Assembly: GCA_964016885.1 (NCBI GenBank)
Contig: OZ024741.1
Coordinates: 229,028,001 to 229,092,000, forward strand
DNA: 64,000 nucleotides
Source: Eledone cirrhosa
Lineage: Eukaryota
Reading direction: 5' to 3'
Of the stretch, positions 55,601 to 64,000 are shown piece after piece. Within the stretch, counting starts at the first letter, position 1; each line of letters opens with the position of its first letter. Made by a program: the position numbers and the translations under genes. The notes below the pieces were generated by a model. That model saw only the letters and a list, made by a program, of their open reading frames with translations. It was not told where the DNA came from and searched no databases.

Positions 55601-57129
55601 TTTGTGATCTGAATAGGCAACCATGATCATTTGTGGACAGCTTACCGTGTCCCTATCTTTATTTCTAACTAGAACCGTATCTAGGTACGATCTAGATGTT
55701 CCGCCATTATTAGTCCACGTCCACAGTGGCACAGTCGGAAAATCAAGGCGATATCTATCTGCCAGGTCAAATCGGCTGATTAACTTTTTGAGGCTGTTAC
55801 ACCCCCCTTATCGGGACATGCTCCCACATAGTCCCAACGTGCATCTAGGATTCCATTCCAGTCCCCCACTAAAAGCAAGGAGCGGGACGTTCCCAGAAAA
55901 ATCTCTAGACGTTTGAAGAAGTCTGACCGCGGAGTCCTGGATGGGGCATATGCGGCCACCAGCCTGAAGGCTCCACCTTCACTACCCTCAACGTCTAGGA
56001 CCACCAGCCAGCCCTCCGGGTCCAGATGTATTGTCTGCGTTACGAGGTTCAGGTGTTTCCCCAGCAAAACGGCAACCCCGCCCCCACCTCCCGGCTGACA
56101 GAGAGATGCGTATATCTCAAAGTCGTCGAAGATGGGGGCCAGCTGTCGCTCGCTGTTGATCCTGGACTCGCTATGGCTATTACATCCATACTGTGCGACC
56201 TGAGTTCGTTTAAATGTTTGCCCTGTTTCCAGGGAATCCTCAGGCCGCGTACATTCACACATCCAACTCTTATATTGGCTATGTTGGTGCTGAAAAGTTA
56301 AAAGAAGAGGAAAAGAAATCACTCACCTCTTCGACTCCTGGGGACAAGGCTGTGCGATTTTCATGGGGGTGTTGGAGGGGTTGTCTGGGTGGGTGGTGGT
56401 TTCCGGCGGGGTGGGGACGGAGATGTTTGGTATGGAGGGGTGTCTGATGGGGCGGGGCTGTCTGGGGTGAGGGTGGGGAAACATTTTAAAAGGACGCGGT
56501 TAATGGGTTTAACACAAGGATTACCCACGTCCTTAGGAAAGATTTCCTTTAAAGACTTATAGGTGTCCGTAGGGACCCTAATGATCTTTAAATTAGGTCT
56601 GTCTGCACAGTTCGAAAAAGTTTTCCCTTCGGTTTTCACCGAAGGGTCGTGGGAGATAACCTCCATTAAAGTTTTGTTTTCACTGTTTATGTATGTGTAA
56701 TGTTCTTGCTGTGTTGGTTTTTGTCTGTTGTTCTTGTGTGAGCTTTCGTTTTGTTGTAGGTGTTTGTGTTTGGAGTGATGTCGTGGTTTTGTTTTCGGGA
56801 CGGGGGGTTTTTGTTTGTAATGTTTGTGCTGTTTGTGTTGGTGGTTGTATGTTTGTAGTGATGTTTGTTGCTTTTTTGTTCTTGTGGTGTCTTTTCTTTT
56901 TTCTTTTCGAACGGAGAGGCTCCCCCTCATTGTCACTTGGTGATGAGGGGGCCTCGTCCGTTGTGGTGTCTCTGTTATTTGGAAGGGGTATATTTTGGGG
57001 AGCTGTTGTGTTTGTGGGTGTTTTTGCAGTGGTTTTAGATGGAGTGAGGTTGGGTGGGACTCTTCTTGCAGTTTGGTTTGTTGTTCTTGTTTTGGTTATG
57101 CTTGCGTGTTGTTGTTGTTGTTGTTGTTC

Positions 57130-57178
<49 letters not shown>

Positions 57179-57590
57179 GGTGGTGGTGGTGGTGGTGGTG
57201 GTGGTGGTGGTGGTGGTGGTGGTGGAGGTTGTGTTGTTGTTTTGGGTGTTGGTAGTAGTGCCTCTTTTTTTTTGCAGCTAGCTGAGGACAGTAAGCCTTC
57301 GGGTGACCACTGCTTAAACAGTGGTAACATGAAGGCCGCCTACCCTCAACAGAAATGTTTATGTATGAAATTCCATCCAGAGGCACACGTTGGGGTATTT
57401 TAGCTATCAGTTCTGCCTCATTTGGACCAGAACTTCCACGCTTGTACCATTGAATGTGCCTCTGGAGGACTTTCGCACTGAAATGATGGTGTCTTCATCG
57501 AAATCGATGAAACCAGTCAAAATTCACCAGACGTTTACATTTGGTGAAATGTTCGAAATTTTAATCTTCTGGGTTCTTATCTGACGAACA
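52665..57590 (-). mobile_element. Tx1/L1-clade LINE, 5'-truncated within ORF1, decayed; same subfamily as 1-2400
   Basis: ORF1 has zinc knuckle CYHCLSSGHPKAYC. APE motifs are NVRGL, GDWNGILD, SYLD and YSDHK. The 376-aa RT ORF 53619-54749 has DQSKAFD, RQGCPLS and YADD. The 3'UTR is nearly identical to 2166-2400, and a (TATC)n tract lies at 52635-52662. Confidence 0.93.
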
Positions 57591-58895
57591 TGGACCTTCA
57601 AGTAGACAGTTCAATACTTTATGTACTCTACACGCAACCCTAGTAGTCCACATACTTTATGCATCAACTGCAACACCTGAAAGGATAACAATACAGTTCA
57701 ATGATGACATATATTAGTTTAACGTCTGATATAATATCAATATATAAGGGAAAGAGACTTAACCTCATCGGAAGATAAATTGGGAGAGAGAAAGAAAGAA
57801 GAAATAGAAAGCTAAATGTCTCAAAGTTGTCATATGCGAGTGAAAATGCACTCAAGGTGGAAATTCCAACAAATTTGGTTCTGGTGAGGAAGGATTGTAT
57901 TAAAGAGATTAGTTTGAGACCTGCGGGGTGAGAGATAATATGAGTAACGAGGCAAGAATAGATGAGATATTCGTATAGAACTGATGCGAGTGGGTGAATG
58001 TGTTATACAACTAGCTAGCTATGAAAGGTGGTTAGTTCAACAAGCTCTGAAGAGGTATGACACAATGAGGAAAGGACAGGGGAAAGAGGTGAAGAGTGCA
58101 TTGTGCGGGGAACTGGCAGAGTGAAGTGGGTAACCAGCTAGTCAAGAGGAGTGAGAGAAAATTGGAAAAATATAAAAGCTATGAAACTAAAACCAACTCA
58201 AGTAACTCAAGAAATAACATTTCGATTTCTGTGTGCGTGTGTGCGTGTGGGTGTGTGGGTGGGTGTGCTCGCGCTTGTAAATGTATGTGTACAATTTAGC
58301 AGTCTTGGTTTTGTCACACAGAATGTTACACTTATTCTACTTGAACATTCCGTTTAGGTTATACCAGCATCCGTCGTGTATCTTCCACTTCCACTATATA
58401 ACGCAAATTGAACAATTCAAACACTCGTTGCTTAAACCGATATTAGCGTTCCTCATAAATACGCTTATATTCTTGTGTGTATGTGTGTGTGTATGTATAT
58501 GTAGTATTATTTTTCTCGAAGCCTTTAAGCATGTACAATAGAACACTAGTTTAACCGCTTTACTTCCCTCCGAAGAAGAGATATTATCTCGAAAATTAAT
58601 GACATTTAAATAGATCTAAGGTAAAAGACTAATTGTCAACAATATCTTTCGCATTTGCATTCTTTATTCTATATCCATACCTGCATTGTTTTGGCTTTAT
58701 TATACATATACAAACGTTTATATGTATATATATATATATATATGTATATATATAAATGTAAGTATGTATGTATACGTACATACATATATGTATACAGACG
58801 TACAGTAGCATGCATATATATATATATATATTTATATATATACATACAGGTACACATACATATATGTACGTATCAGTTTAGCGGCAGAAGGGTAT

Positions 58896-58938
58896 ACGGT
58901 GCTGATGATAGCTAAGAAGCTTGAAACTAGTACGGCGT
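58896..58938 (+). ncRNA. Minimal hammerhead motif, unit 1 (weak stem I)
   Basis: acggtg-CTGATGA-tAGCT aaga AGCTt-GAAA-CTAG-TA-cggcgt. Confidence 0.6.
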
Positions 58939-59093
58939 TCCTGTGTCAGTGTTGAACAAAAAGGTGACGTGGTTGCCTTAACACCGTACGGCATAAATTC
59001 AGGCTGTCAGTTTGTTTACAAACGGACAAAGCGGGCGTTATAATAAACGTCCGCTAAACTGATACGTACATATATGTATGTGTACCTGTATGT

Positions 59094-59154
<61 letters not shown>

Positions 59155-59177
59155 CAGGTACACATACATATATGTAC

Positions 59178-59262
<85 letters not shown>

Positions 59263-59498
59263 TGCTACTGTACGTCTGTATACATATATGTATGTACGTA
59301 TACATACATACTTACATTTAAGTAAGTGCCGTACTAAGAGTGAGAAATGAAATTTCGTTTTCATGTTATTACAACTTATCGTTTTCGGTGCGCCTGGCCG
59401 ACTGAACTCACTCGATATGCAAATTAGGCTGCTCACCCGTTAATTTTCATAAGGAAAGTATATACTTTCGAACGTTCAACCATCTGGCAGAAGGGTAT

Positions 59499-59541
59499 AC
59501 GGTGCTGATGATAGCTAAGAAGCTTGAAACTAGTACATCGT
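59499..59541 (+). ncRNA. Minimal hammerhead motif, unit 2
   Basis: ACGGTG-CTGATGA-tAGCT aaga AGCTt-GAAA-CTAG-TA-CATCGT, with a 6-bp stem I, a GUA site and palindromic ACTAGT. Confidence 0.72.
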
Positions 59542-59688
59542 TCCTGTGTCAGTGTTGAACAAAAAGGTGACGTGGTTGCCTTAATACCGTACGGCATAAA
59601 TTCAGGCTGTCAGTTTGTTTGCAAACGGACAAAGCGGGCGTTATAATAAACGTCCGCTAAACTGATACGTAAATATATGTATGTGTAC

Positions 59689-59786
<98 letters not shown>

Positions 59787-59901
59787 GCATGCTACTGTAC
59801 GTCTGTATACATATATGTACGTATACATACATACTTACATTTAAGTAAGTGCCGTACTAAGAGTGAGAAATGAAATTTCGTTTTCATTTTATTACAACTT
59901 A

Positions 59902-59998
<97 letters not shown>

Positions 59999-60274
59999 GT
60001 GTGTGTGTATATATAAGTATATACACTTACACCTCTCCAAGACAATGTCACTGGACCGAGACCTTTGGCGGTACTCAGTAACAGAGAAGACCCGCCTTAC
60101 CTAAATACAAAGTAAAACCTATTTCCATCAGTAGGCATCTCTAACAAAATACACCCCCGTCCTACCACCCCCACCCCATCCACACCGTCCCTTTCAACGC
60201 AAAGTTATGTTGGTGCCACAACATCCAGGCCGAAACAAATGAGATCGTGTAGGTGTCACGACAAAAAACACACA

Positions 60275-60611
60275 GTCCACGCTGTAATGTGGCCGTGTAG
60301 GCAACACGGTAAAAACCTCCCAGTCCCACACTGTAAATGTGGTTGGTGTTAGGAAGGGCATCCAGCTGTAGAAAACACGCCAGACTGTCCACGCTGTAAT
60401 GTGGCCGTGTAGGCAACACGGTAAAAACCTCCCAGCCCCACACTGTAAATGTGGTTGGTGTTAGGAAGGGCATCCAGCTGTAGAAAACCCGCCAGACAGT
60501 CCTATGCGAGCAAGACAACCACTCTTGCCTCAAGTGGGAAAACCCCCGTCCAAACCCATGCAAGCGTGGAACATGGACGTTAAACGATGATGATGATGAT
60601 GATGATGATGA
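60275..60611 (+). mobile_element. SINE/RTE-related 3' fragment with a ~111-bp internal tandem duplication and (GAT)n tail
   Basis: gtccacgctgtaatgtggccg...aggaagggcatccagctgtagaaaac occurs twice, and it ends ggacgttaaacgatgatgatg. Confidence 0.6.
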
Positions 60612-60649
60612 GTGTGTGTGTGTATATATATATGCATATAGATGGCAAT

Positions 60650-62527
60650 ACAAACACTCAGCAGAACCATGTGAAAGGAGGGAAGGGGGACCCAGAGCCC
60701 ACCCAAGAAACCCAAACAGACCCGAGGACCTCCCACCGAGCCTGGGGGAAGACCAACATGTAACACATAACGGGAACCCTAATCAGGCACGCAGAGGCCG
60801 ACCACCCGCTGCAACTGCAGAAACCCCGAATCATGCCCCCTTTGTAATGAATGCCTCAAGAAGAACCTAGTGTACGGTTGTAGGGTTAAAACCCCCAACT
60901 CCGAACACCTCTACATAGGAGCCACATCAACGAGCTTTAAGGACCGCTGGTACAACCATCGCCATTCATTCAAGAAGGAGGCCAAAAGGAAAAGCACAGC
61001 TCTCTCCGACCTGATCTGGAAGCTTAAGTTGGACAGGACCCCATACTCTCTGGCCTGGTACATAATCAGGAATGTACCACCCGATAAAGGGGGGGGGGGT
61101 CTTGCATATGCAAACTATGCCTGAACGAGACCTCGAGATACTAAGAGGTGGAAGCGGCCTGATAAACCTCAGAACCGACTTCTTCGGGACATGCAGACAC
61201 CTTAGAGCCGGGACCTTTCTCAAGATATATGGACAGTAGCAACACAAGAAGATGTGAACTCCCCTCAAGCTATAGGGACTTCTACAGAACATGAAAACAC
61301 CTCTCGGCCAGACCTCTCTTAAGCTATATGGACAATAACAACACCCTAGGTTGTGAACTCCCCTCAAGCCATAGGGAACAACCCAGGCGGAGCAGACACC
61401 ATGATAGCCTAGAGATAGAATCGGACACAGCCATAATAATTTGGCCAACATCTATAACACAAACACTTTTAATTTACTAGATTTCTGATTTTCAAGTTCC
61501 GATCTTAAATCTTGATTTCTCTTTATTAATTTGTTATTTGTTTTCTGCCCTCTTCACCTTATATTTATTTTTAAGTTGAGATTGATTATAACACAAACAC
61601 ATTTAGTTTGAATATCTCATCTTAACATCTTGTCTCATACCAATCTATCGAACATATTCTGACCTTGAGATTGGTTATAGCACACACACACTTTATCCTA
61701 CATTATTTCTCACTTATCCATATTCATTTTCATTACTTTTTCACCAATTTTTCATTTATTCTTTATTCTTTATTCTCTATTTATTTATTTATTTTCAAAT
61801 TATACAAATTATATTAATTATTTTATTATATTATTTATTTATTTTCTGTTTTCTTCATTTATTGCCTTATATCTCTTCATATACATGGAAGAACCCCCCT
61901 ACCCCCCACCACTACGATGGTGGCAGGAGGGATGAAGAAAAAGCACAAACTGGATACTTCTAAATTGTTAGCAGCAGCAAGGTATAAGCTGACCACAACA
62001 CCAACAACACTACCAAAATAATGGTAAGGTCAAATGTACTGAACAATAGCAGGCAAAAACACTACAGGGAGCCTCATCCCAGAAAGAATTCTATAGACTT
62101 CTGACTGAGCAATGCTCTCAGAACTGACCAATGGGAAGTTTGACACTTTTTTTGTTATTTTGTTCCTTTAACACCTTGTCCCTTCTACCATTTTATCAAT
62201 TTTTAAGCTAACTCCAACAATAACAACACTTAGAATGAGGAATGTTCTAATAACTGACCAATGAGAGGAGAAGAGGACCTTTGACACTGAAATTCGTTTC
62301 TTTGAATTCATATGACTCCAGTTCCCCAGTGAATTAACAACCCAACAAGGAACTGGGCATATCAGAGTATTGACAATATTATACACCTAAACAACATATG
62401 TACTTGTCTATACCATACTAATTCAAACTGCCTGAAGAGGTCACAGCCAAAGATGGCTGTCACTGAAATATATATAGCAGTAATAAACGAAGCTAAATTT
62501 TAATCATTTGACTTTTATTTAACTTTA
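60650..62527 (+). mobile_element. 5'-truncated PLE (GIY-YIG, Naiad-like) with long 3'UTR ending in a hammerhead
   Basis: RCNCRNPESC...CLKKNLVYGCRV...LYIGATSTSFKDRWYNHRHSF...LSDLIWKLK...CKLCLNE...CRH. Confidence 0.82.
62427..62481 (+). ncRNA. Intact-looking type-I hammerhead ribozyme
   Basis: ACTGC-CTGAAGA-GGTcACAGCCA aaga TGGCTGTcACT-GAAA-T-ATAT-ATA-GCAGT. Confidence 0.8.
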
Positions 62528-62535
62528 TATGCATA

Positions 62536-62580
<45 letters not shown>

Positions 62581-62749
62581 GTATATATCTGTATATGTAT
62601 ATATATATATATATATATACAAAAGTTCTATTTAAAGTTGCTGGGATACAACAAGTAAATATTTTTATAACTGATATAAAGCATTCGACAAATTTTTGGA
62701 GTAGATATACGATACTAATAAATGGAAACTATATTTATAAAACCATATT

Positions 62750-62815
62750 TATTTCATTATACATATTTCAGGGATACCACATTAAATTATGGTATGCCTT
62801 CATCAGACAAAATAC
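62750..62815 (-). ncRNA. Type-I hammerhead ribozyme in a PLE terminal fragment
   Basis: tattttgt-CTGATGA-aggcataccat...gtggtatccct-GAAA-TATGTATA-atgaaata. The flank is shared with ~10295-10335 and ~39460-39520. Confidence 0.75.
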
Positions 62816-64000
62816 AATATATAACAGTTTTACAAATAGGTTTGACGTACCCTTTAAAATACAACCATTACTTTTGGGGGCTGTCTGGATAGTGATTTGT
62901 TTATATAATAAGTCATAGTGTTAAGCACAATTAGAAAAAGACGGAGATAAAGAAAGAGAAAAGAACAAAGACAGAGAGAGAGAAAGAAAAGAGAAAGAAA
63001 ACCTGGAGAAATATCGGAGAGAGAGAGAAATGTATGGAGAAAAGAAAGAGATAGATAAAGATAGGAGGAAATAAAAAAGAAAGAAAAGGAAGGAATAGGA
63101 AAAACAAAGGAAAGCAACAGAGAGATATCAAGTCATCATACAGAAAGAGAAACTCAAGAGAGAGAAATACTATATAGAGAGAGGGGGACAGTGACAACTT
63201 TACGTCATGTCATATTAAGTTGAGTTAACAATTTATGTGAAATGAATAATAAAAATATAAATATAAGTATCAATATTCATGAATGGGACATAGATATATA
63301 ATATGAGAAATTAAACATTGTTCAATAATGACCATATGTTTAGTTTAGAAACTTGAGATCAATATACCAAAATCTGAGTTCAAAATGTACCCTTGCTATA
63401 GAGATTAGTATTTTATGCAAAGACATACAAATATATATGTATATATACATACATATAGATACGCACGTCCTGAAAATAGAAATTATGTTTACTCAAGCCA
63501 ACAATATAGCCATACAAAACGTAAATGATTTCTCTTAATCACTGCTATACACTCATTGTGTTATAAAAAATTTACAGTATATATATACAAATATATACTA
63601 TTAACAATCATGTCCTCATATATACGATTACCATTCATGTGTTTAATATTATGCACATCTGCAACATACCTCTCAACCACATAGATATATACACATACAT
63701 ATATACACATACATATGTATAAATAAATATTTGCGTGCGTCCTCATGCATCACTCATGTATATATACAGACACATATACAAACACAAAAAATCTATAACA
63801 CTTTCTATGCATGTTAATACACACATATGCATTTGTATAGAGATAATCCAATATCAATAAATTACCAAAGGATTATAATTTGTAAATATAACCATAACAA
63901 TACAAATTTAAAATACCAAAGGAATATATTTTGGAAATGCAACTATATAGTCAAATGAAATCTAGAAATATTAAAGCATTAAATATCATTAAAACATTAT

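Larger units (their letters stand above)
58755..59903 (+). mobile_element. Non-coding retrozyme-like or mini-PLE element: inverted 5' piece plus 1.7 tandem 603-nt units, each with a hammerhead
   Basis: Units start at 58883 and 59486 (ggcagaagggtatacggtgctgatga). 58755-58884 is the reverse complement of ~59051-59320 apart from TA-tract length and a short internal rearrangement. Confidence 0.8.

Noticed and set aside
56680-57403. PolyQ/polyP or Cys/Gly-rich ORFs
   Set aside because: They come from a (CAA)n(CCA)n expansion inside LINE ORF1, and the antisense frames are artefacts.

Overview
AT-rich eukaryotic (animal) genomic DNA dominated by transposable elements and (TA)n/(CA)n/(GA)n microsatellites. 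The repeat landscape resembles a cephalopod such as Octopus, but that is inference. It holds three decayed Tx1/L1-type LINE copies, each ending in AATAAAGAAA followed by a (TATC)n tract. It also holds one near-full-length Penelope-like element (PLE, 33736-38424) with pseudo-LTRs, four truncated GIY-YIG PLE remnants, a decayed mariner, a non-autonomous Helitron, MITEs, tRNA-derived SINEs and RTE/CRE LINE fragments. One probable host terminal coding exon (44379-44643) is His/Pro-rich. The most notable signals are: about a dozen minimal type-I hammerhead ribozyme motifs, including a 603-nt tandem non-coding retrozyme-like element; long palindromes sitting in TA tracts; a PLE inversion breakpoint next to the predicted ribozyme cleavage site; and a conserved intron-like ORF1/ORF2 junction with an AUG-less ORF2 in two divergent Tx1-type LINEs. 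All folding and alignments were done by eye. Most ORF-track entries are microsatellite artefacts.
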